Assembly: GCA_964016885.1 (NCBI GenBank)
Contig: CAXHJY010000601.1
Span: 28,183-92,182 of the forward strand
Source of the DNA: Eledone cirrhosa
Taxonomy: Eukaryota
DNA: 64,000 nucleotides
Direction: 5' to 3'
Shown: piece by piece, positions 1-17,099 of the stretch
Position numbering within the stretch: position 1 is the stretch's first letter
Layout of the letters: every line of letters starts with the position of its first letter
Notes under the pieces: generated by a model
Seen by the model: the letters and a program-made list of their open reading frames with translations, nothing else
Told to the model about the DNA's origin: nothing
Database searches by the model: none
Position numbers and translations under genes: made by a program

Positions 1-745
1 TTTCTATATACTTCAAATATATTTGAAATTGGATAGCTAATTTATGAGACATTCACAAAATATTAACACAGAGATTTATTGGAGAAATATATTACATAAA
101 GTTACTTAAGGTGTCACAATTACCATAGAATGAACATGTTCTGTATTATTTATAGCAATTTCTGAGTTTGTTTTCGAAATGTTTCATCTACAAAGGGGGT
201 GTGGGAATCTTGTGACCTGCTTGGTTGTAGCCAAACCAACTATCAACTAATCATATTACATAAATTAAAATTGGTGACATAAAGGTGAGGAGAAGGTGAT
301 TGTACATAATGTACAATTTCAGTGACCTTTAGATCAAATATTTAGAAGCCCTAGTAACCTTTAAGACAATATCTATGTATTAATCTTTGTGTCTATATTT
401 GTATAAACATATATGTGTGATGTATAAGTGTTATTAGCTATGTTATGTGTGAGGATGTGTACATGTGTGTGTCAGGAAGGGAGAGAATAGATTTGTGTTT
501 AGTGCTAGATATGGTATGGAAGTGATAGTCCGTAATTCTATGTGACTTTAATTTTATGCAAATTATATGCATGTGGCCACCTACAAACATATGCAACAAT
601 GGATAATTGTTTCACTTTTGCATAATGGGATATCACCTATCCAGCAATTATTTAATTTGCTTGTCTATCTATCTTCATAAATCTCCCTCTCTCTCTCTCT
701 CTCTATCTCTCTCTCACTCTCTCTCACTCTCTCACTCTCTCTCAC

Positions 746-870
<125 letters not shown>

Positions 871-1088
871 CATATATACATATATAACAGAAACAATAAA
901 GAAAACAACACTGTAGAATGAAGAAATATATTAGTTTCAAGCTTAAGAAAGAAGTCTCTATGTTTCAGACATAGTCGTTCATCAGAAGAAAAAAGGAGAA
1001 ATAAAAGATGAAATGGAAAGATAGAAAGTGAGAAGAGGAAGGAACATAACAACATAATTTGACGGAAAAAAATGTGTGTATTCAGTTA

Positions 1089-1154
<66 letters not shown>

Positions 1155-1323
1155 TATATACACATATATATATAAATTGTCCAACTCATGAAAGCATGGA
1201 AAAGCAGGCATAGAAATGAGGATGATGATGATGATAATATATATATATATATATATATACATACATATATATATGTGTACATCTATATACATATATATAT
1301 ACATATATATATACATATATATA

Positions 1324-1394
<71 letters not shown>

Positions 1395-2666
1395 CAATTA
1401 TATACATATCTGTATACATAAATTCATGCATACATACATATATATATTTATATATAGAGTGGGCTATTGTCGGAATTGTTTGCACATTCGACAACTTCTT
1501 TTGTGTTATTAATATTGGCTCCTTGCAGTCTCTAACTGAAGCCTACTTGGATAGTAAACTGAATTGATCTCCCAGTTTAACATCATCACCTGGTCCTTGA
1601 GTGCATTTAGCAGAGTTCATTTTGTTATTAGTTTTCAGGCCAGGTTCTTGATTTAATGAGTTTTTAGTATATATATAGTAAAACACACTCACAGTCAGTG
1701 TGTTTTACTATAGATTTCTGGCAATATGTTTCAACACACGATTTCATATAAAAAACTTTGCAAAAGAAATATATATATATATATACATATATGATGTCGT
1801 CAAGTATGAAATTTGTAGAAATTTGTAGACAAAAACAAATTTCTACACATTTCATACTTCACGACCCAATATATATATACATATATCTATACATATATAT
1901 ATATATACAAACCTTAGACATTTTATGATGACCATGATTGTGACTATGATGATAATGATAAGAAGAAACAGGTGTGTATGATAGTGAGGATGATGCCATG
2001 TTGATGATAACAAATATGGTGGTGATAGTAAAAGAATTGATGAGGATAATGGTGATGAAAACTGACTATATCAATGATGCAGATGATAATAATGGTTATG
2101 ATTATACCGATGATGCGACAACATATATTTATGTATATATGCATGAATATGTATGTGTATTTATGCATGGGAATATATATGTGTGTGATATATTTGATAT
2201 TATTTCTATTCAATCTTACTCCCTTCGCATGATTAAAGCAAATTTCATTTGGCTTTCGGATGACACATTTTATAACTACTTAGTAACCATACTTAGTACC
2301 ATATTATTATTATTATTGATACTCTTGTGGCTTTATCTCTAAATTATATGAAAAAATAATTCTTCTCCTTATTTACTTACACTTCTCTACATTTCAAGTA
2401 GGATATATATATTTATATATATATATATATCATCATCATCATCATCATCATCATCACTGTTTAAAATTTATTTTCCAGTGTTGATGATAATGATTATGAT
2501 GATGATATATATTGATCTATTAAACATACCAGGGAAAAGTATTCAGAACCTCTTACAAGTTGCAGATGCATCCAGCTATGAGTAGGATATATATAATATA
2601 TATATATAGTGATATTCATATATACCACCACAGAATCACAATAAATGCAGATATATATATACATAC

Positions 2667-2727
<61 letters not shown>

Positions 2728-2731
2728 ATCT

Positions 2732-2764
<33 letters not shown>

Positions 2765-3726
2765 GTATGTGTATACATAACTGCATTAATAATTTTTACA
2801 AAGGACAAAACATTTACATCTCACACTCATACACATTTACATATATACACATACACAAGCACATACACACATATATTCGTATGCATATATATGTATGTGT
2901 AATGTATGCACTTAAATATCTTTTATATAGGATACAGATCAAATTTTTATCACATTATAACAAAGAACTAAGGAACCCTCCACCATTGTTAGGTTATGGT
3001 AAGATCTCATGGGATGCACTGTTTGCTTTGGTTGTTAGTATTACTGTACCTTGGACAACTCTTGACCCAACCGTAAACCCATACTACTCCATTCCAACAA
3101 AAAGGAAAAATATTAATAAACTTTATCAAAATGTACAGACAAAATGTCTTCAGATTCAATGTGCTGAACCATTTACTACTCTACATTACCATTTGGAACC
3201 TTACTATTATATAGTTCTCTTTTCCCTATTTTGTCAGACTGACAATTGAAATCAAGATTGTCTACACTGTAGGTGAATGACCTAATAGAAATAACATCTA
3301 AATTCGTTCAAATTACCTTCTAATATCTTTAAAATAAAAGAAAGACCCCCTTAAGCCAATGGTTCTAAGCTTTTTCTCTAAGCTTTACATGCCACATCTT
3401 CATGTCCCACATTGATATAGAAACATGTTAAAAAGATATAAAGTAAAATTTTATAGAATTACCTCAAAAATATTCAAGTTTTTTCACTGTGGGTTAATCA
3501 CCCCACACAGAAATATTGCATTATATAACATACTTTTAAATATATGTAAATGATTGAATGATCATTATAGGATGCCTTTAAACATATGTCTGTTTATAAT
3601 CAGAGCAGACCTGGGGCTAAACAAAAATTAAACCCCACTTTTACTTCACTTTACAGCTGAATGGTAATGGTTAGCAGTAAGAAACAAGACAAATATATGT
3701 AAAAAAATATAAATTGCTAAAAAACA

Positions 3727-3823
<97 letters not shown>

Positions 3824-4209
3824 AAAGTTTCCATCCATGTTACTATGGCAATATGGATGAGAAACTTTAACCCCAAAAAATCTTTTAAGTAGCTTCAAAG
3901 CCTGAAAAACTAATGGATAACAGGATAGGTTTTGTTTTTTTTTGCATATGTGTGCATGTGTGTATGTGTGTGCTTGTGAAAGGAGGGCAACATATGTGTG
4001 TGAATATGCAGTTTTGTGCTACTTATTCATGTTCTTGTTATTATTCTCGTTCTTGATCTTATTCTTAAGATCCATTATTCCTAGAATATTTGTTACCCTA
4101 GATTCTTCAATATTAATATCTGGTTTTCATAAATATGCAAGTAAATGCAGTGTATCATGACATATCGTCATTCAATCTATATATTTATCAATATGTCTAT
4201 CTATCTATC

Positions 4210-4266
<57 letters not shown>

Positions 4267-4666
4267 GCACATATGTAATTATGCTGCACTGCACAATCTA
4301 TACTGCATGCCAAATTATTATAGATAATTACAATTACTACTACTACTAATAATAATAATAATACTTCTACTACTACTAATACTACTACTACCACTAACTA
4401 CTACTATTGCTGCTTATATTGCTACTATTACCACTCTTACTAATACTACTACTAATAATAATGAAAAGTAAGTTGATATTAATACTGCACTTCATATATG
4501 TGCGCATGTGTGTATCTGTCTGTGTGCATGCAGGTATGTTTGTATACCTATATATATAACTGAGCAAGCAAGGCAAGTGTTGAGTTGTCAACTACTGTGA
4601 GACAAATAAGGACTCAGCCAGATTGAGTTTCTTTGAAACTAAAATTTTATAAAGATAGTATGACTG

Positions 4667-5220
<554 letters not shown>

Positions 5221-5744
5221 CAAATCATTAGGAAAATATTTCAATTCTTGTAAATATGTGTGTATTTAAAGATACTTTTATGGCTATTATGAAAAGCATT
5301 AAAATACCTTTTAAAAAAAGTAAAGCTTGCTTTCTTGCTGTCAAAAATTTCATTGTATTTAAATAAAAGATAAAGATGATATATTATATCAACCGCATAT
5401 GAATTATCATTGTGCCCTTTACATACACTAATGTGACATCCTTATGCATGTGATCAAAGTTTTTTGTAGTTTTCTCTTTTTTTTCTGTTGGGTTAAAAGA
5501 GAAATGTATGGATTTTTAAATATATTTTTAAATATCAGCAAATGAATGCCTAGGATTTAATATGTTATCCCTTTCAAATATAACTTTGCTTTTGTTTTTT
5601 TTTTCATAAAAATGTTCTAAAAATATTTTTGAAAATTATGATATTTTCAGAAAGGTACATAAACTTTACAACCCATGATGCCACAAATAAATGGTTAGGA
5701 TTGGATTAGGATTTTAATTCATTTGTTTCTAAATAAATGAATAA

Positions 5745-5787
<43 letters not shown>

Positions 5788-6140
5788 ATGAATAATAAAT
5801 AAATGAATAAATAAATAAATATGTATGTAAATAAAAAAAAAAAGAATGTTTGCATTGCTAGTATTATGAGAAATACAAAGAAATACTGCACAACCCTTCT
5901 GGTGATGCCTTAGCACAAAGATGTTTCAAGCATCAGGAAAATATAAGAAAGGATTATTATTGTTTGGAAAGTAAATAGAAATGTGGTGTTTGATGATCAT
6001 CATCATAACTCAAGGTCTTTCTTCTTATAATTATTGAGGGTTCACAACTAGTTCTGGTATTGTATTTCATTCTTGATAAAAATAAATATTTCCAACTATA
6101 CCGGACTTATAAATCTCCGTTATAACTTATCACACTTGAC

Positions 6141-6232
<92 letters not shown>

Positions 6233-6262
6233 TATATATATATATATATATATGCATATATG

Positions 6263-6293
<31 letters not shown>

Positions 6294-6348
6294 ATATATA
6301 TGTATATACGTATATATATGTATATATATATATATGTATATATGTATA

Positions 6349-6469
<121 letters not shown>

Positions 6470-7629
6470 CCTTTAATATGTTACAAAAACTAGTTTCATT
6501 ATAGAAATCTTCTTTATCCTTTTTCATTTAAAAATATATTTGTCCTTCAATTGCTAGTAGTTAAAACCATCATTTTGTTGAAGATCTTTGGCCTACTACG
6601 CACCCCACCACAACTATGTAATATATTCATACGTCTTTGGAGTAGAAGTTTCAGCACATGGCCAAGCCTGTATTTTGTCTCTGGGAAACTTTTAAAGACC
6701 TAGAGAGCTTCTCTTGTTTAATTGTACGATACCTATAGGAATTCATAAATACATATATATATATATGATATATGTCTATACATGTATCTATATATCTATC
6801 CATCAATATATATATATGTTGAGATATATATATATATATATACATATTTGCCTTGTACATATGTATTATATTTATACTACATGCATGTATATGTGCCCAT
6901 GTGTTTGGTTTGCATACTTGTCGATGTATTATAAGCTCCGCTCTTGCAAAGTTGCAACCAATTCTGCAGCTACTATTGAAATAATATATTCCAATATACT
7001 GCTTCTGTCCTTTAGTATTTCAATTCCCTTTTATTTGGCTCAAACAAAATTATTTCAGCCATAATATGATGAATTGTTTCTCACCAGGCTTTGTTATAAT
7101 GTCAGAGAGTATTTGTTTTGAGGTCAGTAAAGTATTTACCTTCTATTGTGATTAGTCTTGATGGGTTGTTCTTAAATTTTGTTTTTTTTTTGCTCTATGC
7201 CCCATTTCAACCCCTTAAAAATGTTTGGTGTAACTTTATTTATTATTATTTTGGGGAGTGGGGAGGTTTTGTAGGTCTGGAGTAAAGTGCAGTACTTACT
7301 TCCTTCACACACCCTCCAAGATATATTGTAAAATTTAGAAATTATAGGGTAAAATTGTTCCCCAGAATTACCAGTTGTTCCCCTCAGAGTAAGGCATGCG
7401 CCCTCTGTTCAGAATTCTTGGTCTAGACCCACGCTTTAAATCCCTTTCTCAGCAACTATTTTTTTTTAGAACAATATCCTATAAATGCATGTTATCATTG
7501 TTATCATTTAGAAACCAGTGGAATGTCATTTTTATATCATTTCAAAGAATGTAACCAAAGCAAATTATCATTTTTTTTTTAATATTTTAAAATTAATGAA
7601 AGATTTTTGATAAACAAATACACCGGATT

Positions 7630-7708
7630 TATAATAATAATGATAATAATAATAATGATAATAATGATGATAATAATAATAATTAAGAAGAAGAAGAAGA
7701 AGAAGAAG

Positions 7709-7778
<70 letters not shown>

Positions 7779-7781
7779 TGT
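7630..7781. repeat. Compound (AAT)n(AAG)n(TAG)n microsatellite
   Basis: Directly visible. Similar tracts: 21998-22140 (AAG/GAT/GAG), 38097-38257 (TAG), 5728-5820 (TAAA). Confidence 0.95.
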
Positions 7782-8049
7782 AGAGAAAAATCTGTACTAC
7801 TGTGTCAAATCTGAAAAGCCAAATGAGTTTGTTAGTATAAGGAATCTCTTGTAGAACATTTGTTCCATGTTTGGTTGGCTGGTTGGTTGGTTGGTTGGTT
7901 TGTTGGTTGGTTGGTTGGGTGGCTGATATAGAATTCAACTCTGCTGTGTGGAGTTGTGTTCTGAAATCTCAATAGCCAATGGGTAATGAAATGGAAAAGA
8001 AGAGAATCTTGGAAAATTTATGAATGTGTCTTAATAGAAAAAGGCATAC

Positions 8050-8103
<54 letters not shown>

Positions 8104-8684
8104 ATGTTTGTGTGGGTATGTGTATGCATGTGCGCGTGTGTGTCTGTGCATAGGCATCTGACTGGAAGAGCTCAAAACTGTGAGAGAACTCAATGTTGAG
8201 AGTAGACTTAAATATGATCTTTACACTTTACTTTAAAGTATATACAAATCTTGGCAGAAAGTTCTATATTCTATCAAGGTTCAAATCCACTGATCTCATG
8301 AAACTTATGTAGCACTTCCATTTCTTAAGTACACAATAAAGATCATATAGATATGTGTGTGTGTATATATCTGTGGAGTGGGGTACAGATATAAATTATA
8401 CATACATGTCTGCATACGTGTTCATTTGGGAGTGTCTGCATGCAGGCAAAATAATCATCATCATCATTACCATCAGTGTCATCATCAATACTATAATATA
8501 ACTTTGATTGCAAGTAAAGAAATCAGTGATTTATAAAGAAACAAGGGAAATAATCAGTGACAGACTAAATCAAAATTTCAACAATAGTTTGTAGTATAAA
8601 CATACTACAAAATTATGTACGCTGCTGGAATATGCCTAATATTTCAGTTTTGAGAAAGAAATCAAAGAATTAAATGAAATAATA

Positions 8685-8826
<142 letters not shown>

Positions 8827-9073
8827 GTATGTGTGTATGTATGTGTGTACGTATGTGTGTGTATCATCATCATCATTTGACATCAGCTTTTACTGTTTGC
8901 AAAGGTGTTGTTTGGCTCTTCACAAACCAAGTCAGTACTTATGCAAGGCTACTGACCTTCAGATATATCACATGTTCACATCCTTCTTATATAAGGTCCC
9001 ACACTCTACTGAGTGCAATTTATTATGGCACCGGCACTTGACATGTGTCTTTGTCTTTGATATATACATATAT

Positions 9074-9241
9074 TTGGCAGGGTCGGACGCCATGCTTTGC
9101 AGCACAGTTACGTCTCTTTACGGACTGAGTTCAAATCCCACCGAGGTTAACTTTGCCTTTCATCCTTACGGGATCGATAAAATAAAGTACCAGTAATACA
9201 CTGGAATAATTGCTGGCCTTGTGCCAAAAGTAGAAACAATT
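9074..9241 (+). mobile_element. tRNA-derived SINE-1
   Basis: B-box GAGTTCAAATCC; body TTTGCCTTTCATCC...GATAAAATAAAGTACCAG; tail GGCCTTGTGCC. Confidence 0.85.
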
Positions 9242-9406
9242 ATATATATACATACATATATATATATATATATTTGAAAATATTGTAGTTTTAAAATACT
9301 ATCCTTATGAACAGATAGAAACTGTAACACCTGAAAATATAAAATATAAATGTAAAAATTCCAGGAGGTCTAAGGAAGGGCTGATTATTTATTTTCTTTA
9401 ATAAGT

Positions 9407-9692
9407 GGAGGCACATGGCCTGGTGGTAAGTGTGTTGGACTTACGATCATAATGTCATGGGTTCCATTCTTGGGTTGGGTTGTGTGTTGTGATCTTAAGC
9501 AAAAGATTTCATTTAATGTTGCTCCAGTATACTCAGCTGAAAATGAGTACCAGCAATAGCTGTGGGTTTAACCATGTGATGGATTGGTGTCATGTCCAGG
9601 GAGGAGTCTTGTACTCTTAGTCGCTCTACGCCATGAAACCAGGATAAACACTGTCCTTACAAGCCTTCTGGCTTAAGACAGACTTTAGATTT
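9407..9692 (+). mobile_element. tRNA-derived SINE-2
   Basis: A-box TGGCCTGGTGG; body TTGCTCCAGT..ACTCAGCTG. Confidence 0.7.
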
Positions 9693-9851
9693 TAATATTA
9701 TGCTTTCTTTACATTTTATATTGTTGTCTCAAACTGATAACTTTAGAAATTGTACATTCTTCTTTGAATAGAATTTGCACTATATAGCATAACTATGAAA
9801 TACAATAATATATGGGTAGCGATATATGATAATATGAAACTTTAGTCATAT

Positions 9852-10010
9852 ATCATCATCATCGATTAACGTCTATCTTCCACGCTAGCATGGGTTAGAC
9901 AGGTCCTATTTTGAGGCAAGTTGTGTTGGGTCACCATGTCTAGCACATATAGGGGTGTTTCTGGCTATTTTTCAATGGCTGGATGCCCTTCCTAACGCTA
10001 ACCACATTTA
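9852..10010 (-). mobile_element. RTE-type 3' end with (ATG)n tail (fragments also at about 20110-20165 and 42710-42770)
   Basis: (CAT)n-CGATTAACGTC...GCTAGCATGGGTTAGAC...GGATGCCCTTCCTAACGC. Confidence 0.55.
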
Positions 10011-10573
10011 CAGTATAATATATATAGATATTACATATAAATATTGTCTGTGTTGTATTTTGCTGAGTGTTGTTTTATCTGTGTGTGTTTCTGAATGTAT
10101 GTGTGTCTTTTGAATTGTCATTTGTTTTCTACATATGCATAAGAAATTAATTTATAAATCTGATTGAATGCAGTTGGTAGAACTCTTATCACAGGATCAG
10201 ATTGGTTAGCTGCTTTTCTATATTCAATTAGATACCTTCTTCTTAAAGGTGCTGACTTTGTCATTTATCCTGTGACAGAGAGAGAAAGAGAGAGCATGTA
10301 CATGTGTTGATGACAGAATTTCCAACTCTATACAACAAAAAAACCTGAAGGGTCAGTTGTGTCTCATCTAATATAATCTAAACAAAAAAAGAAATTTAAC
10401 ATTTGGAAGATTGATCCATTTCTTGGAAAACTTGAAAGTAACGAAAACTAACATGCACAAATGCATACACACAGCCACACAGACACACACACATATATAT
10501 ATGTATATATATATATATTATATACATATATATATATTATATATGTATATATATAAGCATATAAATATATGCC

Positions 10574-10616
<43 letters not shown>

Positions 10617-11321
10617 CTTCTACTATATTAGATCTAGAACTTTGCTTCCTTCCTTTTATTTTCTTCTATTTTTTAATAAATTTATCTAACAGTTTTGTTA
10701 TTGTCTTTCCTTTTCACATGACAATTTCGGTCTAGAAATTACATCACGATTTTTTCAATTTTTTTTCAGTATGTATTTGTTGTGAATGTTCAGTAATAAC
10801 ATTGCTGCACTGTCATGCCATTTCTGAAAATAGCCTTGCATCATGAAACCTTTATTAAGAATTCTGCGTTATTCCTATATTTTGCATACTAAGCAATATC
10901 TTTTACATTTGATTGTTCCTAAAATCTATACTTGACAACATATAATATAATGTTGTGTATATCACTGTTGTTTTGGAGAACGCAACAGCATACTGAATTA
11001 TATATATATATGTTGTCAAGTAGATTGGGTTTTTTGACAAAATATACAAAAATAACAAAATTCAAAAGCATCAACGCAAACGTTTTTTCGCACCTTTATT
11101 TATTATTTAAATTTGTTCCATTATTTTTTTATTTGAAAAACTTTGTTTTAATATCTTCTTTTATTTCAGTATTATTGTATATATCATATTCGATAGGCAT
11201 ATCATTCTTTGAAGAGTTGAAAAACAAATGTGATGCGCTTATGTATATATATATATAGAGAGAGAGAGACAGAGAATAGGGGGAGAGATACACACACACA
11301 CACATATACATATATATTTAA

Positions 11322-11384
<63 letters not shown>

Positions 11385-11769
11385 GGTGTGTGTGTGTCCA
11401 TATGTAAATATGTACATAATCTCATCTATATGTACATACAGTCAACATTTTCCCTCTATTCACATTTATATATAGGAGAACATTTTCAAATATGTCAATA
11501 TTATACTAATGTAAATAAAGTAAATTGCCAAAGCATAATACTGTTTACAGATCCTTTTGTATGGAGAACACAATAGGATCCATCAGTATATGCTATCAAT
11601 GCAATTAATATTGTTATTGTTGTTGCTGTTAAGATGGTTTATTGGCAGATTATTTACAGCACAACACAATTTTTTGTGGTATTTGCTTAGTCGTTTAGGT
11701 TTTCCAAAGTCAATTTTGCCTCACATCCTACCAGAGGCTGATAAAATTCGTTATATAATTGACTATTGT

Positions 11770-11801
<32 letters not shown>

Positions 11802-11990
11802 TGTATGTATGTATGTATGTATGTATGTATGTATGTATGTATGTATGTTAGATATCGTTTTTGATTACTATAGTTCAAGAGTTAGAGTAAATTTATCGAG
11901 GTCTGTTTCAGCATATTTTGGTTATTATTGACTCAATAAATGGGTTATTTCAGGAGGCCGCTGTATTGCTAATCTGTGTAAATCTTTCTC

Positions 11991-12090
<100 letters not shown>

Positions 12091-12510
12091 TATACTATAA
12101 GGATAAGGAACAAGGTTCAGTGTTGCATCATAACATATTTAATAACATATTACATATGTTTCACTATCGATCAGCTCGAGGCAAGACCTATGATAGATCG
12201 AACCTGACTCTGTAATCAAAAGGTCGTCAGATATGCTTAGTATATATGTATATGTATATGTATATATACATTGGAAGTCGTTTGACATGGTGATCACCAT
12301 TGTATGGAGAACACAATGGCCCCTATGTTAAATGCTACTAACTAAATAATCTTATATAAATGATTAGTAGGTATGCACAAGAATGTATACATTGACACAC
12401 ACACATAATTGGGCTTAATAATTATATTCAAACTCAACCTATGGACTTCTGTTGATCTATACCTTGGATTTATTTACTACCTATTACTACTATATACATA
12501 CACACATATA

Positions 12511-12576
12511 CAAATATTTATCATAAGTACAGATTAAACTTTAAGCAAAGAATTGCTTAAACTTTAAACTGTACTT

Positions 12577-12625
<49 letters not shown>

Positions 12626-12826
12626 ATGTATATAGTAGTAATAGTGTATATATATATATATATATTATAAGTACAGTTTAAAGTTTAAGCAATTCTTTGC
12701 TTAAAGTTTAATCTGTACTTATGATAAATATTTGCTCTACTGGTTTTTATATATACTTTTTATATATATATATGTAATCCTTATGGAGCCCTCTTCAGAT
12801 TTTAGTCTTCACATTTATTATTACTA
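12511..12826. mobile_element. Family F variant, nested double palindrome
   Basis: 12511-12580 is itself a hairpin and is repeated inverted at 12665-12734; F-like tail to 12826. Confidence 0.7.
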
Positions 12827-12835
12827 TATATATAT

Positions 12836-13008
12836 ATATTTAATATAGAAATGGGTTCTACAGCACTAGAACTGTTTCATTCGGAGGAAATCTTCAAGAA
12901 AGCAGTTCTAGTCCTGTAGAAGCCATTTCTATATTAAATATTTATACTCTGCTATGTATTGAGTACCTTACTTACTGCGGTTACCTACAATTGAACCTGG
13001 GATAAACA
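12836..13008. mobile_element. Family B fold-back PLE terminus
   Basis: Arms 12836-12874 and 12903-12941. The loop holds a degenerate HHR core on the minus strand. Tail 12942-13008 matches the reverse complement of 56017-56085. Confidence 0.75.
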
Positions 13009-13014
13009 TATATA

Positions 13015-13064
<50 letters not shown>

Positions 13065-13249
13065 GTCGTCAACCTATTTGTATATATCGTTGTTGTGGTA
13101 CAAGTATGGCCACTGCTTCTGGTCGCTTTTCTGGGTGTCACACTTTATTAATTTCTGTGTTTACTCTGAACAAAAATATTTCAACTTCTCACTCAATTGT
13201 GTGCTTTGTGACTGTTTTTTGTTCATATTCATAATCAACATCACTATTT

Positions 13250-13292
<43 letters not shown>

Positions 13293-13309
13293 ACATCATT
13301 ATACTCATC

Positions 13310-13660
13310 ATAATCCCTTTATGTATGTTTTCCTATGCCTGTATGGGTTGTACAGGTCTTCTCTAATGCAGGGACCTCCCACTTATTGTTGCTCTTTGTC
13401 ATCTCATTCTCATATGAGATTCAAACACATGAGTTTATCTTTAACCACTTTTTTCCATGTTTTAGAAGTTCCTTCCATATCCATCTGTTGATAATTCTTT
13501 AACAAACTGTCAGACTCCATGTATATCATATGTCCATACCAGCTTAGTCTTCTTTTTCCTCTTATAACCAATTTTATGTTAGTTTATCATCTGTTCTAAT
13601 ATCTAACATTACATATCCAACAGAACAGTATAATTTCTTCCCAGCCGTCACACATCCTTC
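13310..13660 (-). mobile_element. Degenerate RTE LINE 3' fragment
   Basis: Minus-strand translation near 13515-13565 gives KRRLSWYGHMIYM (RTE-type RLRWxGHVxRM). Confidence 0.55.
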
Positions 13661-14295
13661 ATATTCAACTATAATACCAACTACAGAGTTAATCATGACA
13701 GACTAAGGTGAAAAGTCATTAATTATGAATTAAGAGAAATTATGATAATGATGGTAAAGAAGGTTGAGGAACAAGAAAGGGTGAAGAAAGAGGATAATGT
13801 TGAGTAGCAATTAGGACAAGAAGTAGTGGTGAGAATTAATGACCTAAATCTAGTAGCTAGTGTTGATGATGTTGGTGATGATGATAATGATCATTATCAT
13901 GATACCAATGTTGCTTTGAAGTGTAGATATAGAAGTGATTATTAGCATACACACATACACACACAATTACACACACATACACACACAATTCACCAGTACA
14001 CATGCACATACATACATACATACATATACAAACACATGCATATATAGTCATTTAGACATGCACACACGCACACACACACATACACACACACTTACACACA
14101 CACGCACGCGCACGCATGCACACATATATATATATATATATATAATATTAATATTATAGTTATTATTAATGAATGTAATACTGACGTGAAATAAAGTGTC
14201 TTGCTCAAGGACATAACACATCGCCTGGGAATCGAACTCACAACCTCATGCATGATTGCGAATTCAATTCTCTAAGCACTCAGCCACATGCTTTA

Positions 14296-14379
<84 letters not shown>

Positions 14380-14413
14380 CAAGTAAGTATGTTTTGATAT
14401 ATATATATATAGT

Positions 14414-14591
14414 AATTGTTTCTACTTTAGGCACAAGGCCAGCAATTACCCAGTGCATTACTGGTACTTTATTTTATCGACCCCGTAAGGATGAAAGGCA
14501 AAGTCAACCTCGGCGGGATTTGAACTCAGATCGTAAAGGGACGTAACTATGCTGGAAAGCATGGCGTCCGACCCTCTACCGATACTGCCAA
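14414..14591 (-). mobile_element. tRNA-derived SINE-1
   Basis: A-box TGGCAGTATCGG and B-box on the minus strand. Confidence 0.88.
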
Positions 14592-14597
14592 ATATAT

Positions 14598-14811
<214 letters not shown>

Positions 14812-15490
14812 TATATTTGTTTGAGGAAGATTTGATTGTTATTTCTAGGAGACAATATAACCCTATAGAGGCTTCCTTGTTGTTTGATTCATTGTAACAT
14901 TGATGATTGGAGGTTGTAGTCATGTCAATACTTGTAATGGTGCTGGTTTTCCGTAACATTTCATTTATATTTTATTCATACATTTTTTATTTTAATTTTA
15001 AAGTGATTAATAGTATGTTGACAATAACGATGGTTATAAAGTGGGTGCATCTATGAATGTATTCATGTATATAGTCGTATGTATGCAAATATAGGTGTTT
15101 GTTGTATATATCTAAGTGAATATGAATATATGCTTGTATATGAATCATTGTACTTAACCATATATGGATAAATAGTCATTGGCATACATTTATAACTACA
15201 TACATGCATGTATGCATACATGCATACATGCATACATACATACATACATACATACATACATACATACATACATACATACATACATACATACATACATACA
15301 TACATACATAAATACATACTGAAATCATATGGAATATTACAAGCTCTATTAAGAATTAATTAGGAGAATATCTGAAATAATTATAATGAATTATTGCTAA
15401 AAAATCATCATTATACTTAAAGGTATGCATTCTAAGGTTAGTATTTATTTTGTAATTAATATTCATCTCAGAATGAGTGTATGGTTGAAA

Positions 15491-15707
15491 GGGATTGGTA
15501 GTGTTAGTAGAGCGTCGGACAACATGCTTCATGGCACAGAGTTATGGCCCTTTATGATCTGAGTTGAAAACCTGCAGAAGTTAGCTTTACCTTTCATCCT
15601 TATGGGGTTGATAAAATAAAATACCAGTAATACACTGGGGTTAATTTAATCGAATTTCCCCTCCCCCAAAAATTACCGGCCTTGTGCCTAATGAAGAAAT
15701 CATTATT
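15491..15707 (+). mobile_element. SINE-1, diverged
   Basis: Alignable body and tail. Confidence 0.75.
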
Positions 15708-16619
15708 CAAGTATATTTTATTAAGGATAAAGGAATTCAGCACATGAAACTGGTTTAATTATTAAAAAATTAAATATAGTGAGAATTCACAAAAATTATA
15801 AAATTATATTTTCTATGTAGAGTCAGATACCATTCTTGAAAACTTATAAAAAATGTTGTATGGGTAGCAAATAGTTATTTGTTTTATACATATCCAAATT
15901 ATTTACCTTATTTACAAACACATATATATTCTCAATTACAGACACTCATTTAACAAGATAATATCCTATATACATATATTTATAAACACATACACATATT
16001 TCCTCACTTACTGAAGCACACTAATTTTTCTGGAAGTATAAGAATTCCCCTACTGCCTCACTAATCCTTATATAATCCTCACCTTTATAAACTAATGCAG
16101 CCAACACAAGCACATGATGCATTCAGCTAGCTACACATCCAAAAGAAGTAAATCCTAAGAACTTTGATTCTCTGAACAATAAGAATATCCTATCCACTAT
16201 CCCTCAGACTCTTCTAACTGGTAAATTCCAACAAAGATATAAACACCTTCACTAAGAATGCACTCTTTGTCTAAAGAAGTTCTTATGTAATCTTGTCAAT
16301 AATAATTATATTATTCTATGCTTCAACTATGCATGAGGTGGTATATACTAAGACAATATGTATTATTTCCAATCCAGTACATCTGTTGTCCATACAATAG
16401 TACAAACATCTCCCTGCACCATACCCAGGCATGTGTGCAAGAACAGAATATTAGCCATATGTTCCTTATGTTCTGTATATTTGTCAAACATAAATTTCTT
16501 TACTATATGTCTGAAAATGGACTTATTTCTTTATTTCACAAAGATTCGCACAGTTAAGGAAAAGATATAAATGTTTACATGTATGCCCAAGCATGTATGA
16601 TAGTTCACCCAACAATAGT

Positions 16620-16900
16620 GTGAAACCCCTAGTCCAAGTCAGGAGATCATATTAGGAGAAGGAAAACCCTAATGTAAAACCTGTGACTCAATGATGGCCA
16701 AGGATATTGAACTGATCTTCTTTTGGGATATCTGTCACCCTTCTTCAGGGAGTAGGTTTGATCCAGTGCAAGGTCATTCTTCACTTCAAAAAGCTTCAAG
16801 CACAGGCATCACTTGATCTAAACATCTTTCACATGTATGGCTGACCATAATAAAAGAAACAAATTTTTTTTTCATGCCATGCAACCCATGTGTCGCAGGT
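16620..16900 (+). mobile_element. Old relative of the family K 5' part
   Basis: Shares TAGGAGAAGGAAAAC, AAAAGCTTCA and GCACAGGCAT in the same order. Confidence 0.5.
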
Positions 16901-17099
16901 GATCAAGTGATGACACCACTCTAAACCAAGATGTGGATTAAGAAAAAAAATTTATGACTTAAATTATTTTTATATTATTATTTGTATTATTGTTGTTATT
17001 AGTGGCCTTGCTCCTATTTTAGAAACACTTGCTACTGTTGCAATCATTAATATTATTATCACCACCACCATCATCATCATCACTATTATCATTGTTTGG

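Noticed and set aside
556-624. Octamer and Sox-like motif cluster
   Set aside because: Short AT-rich motifs are expected by chance here; no conservation evidence.
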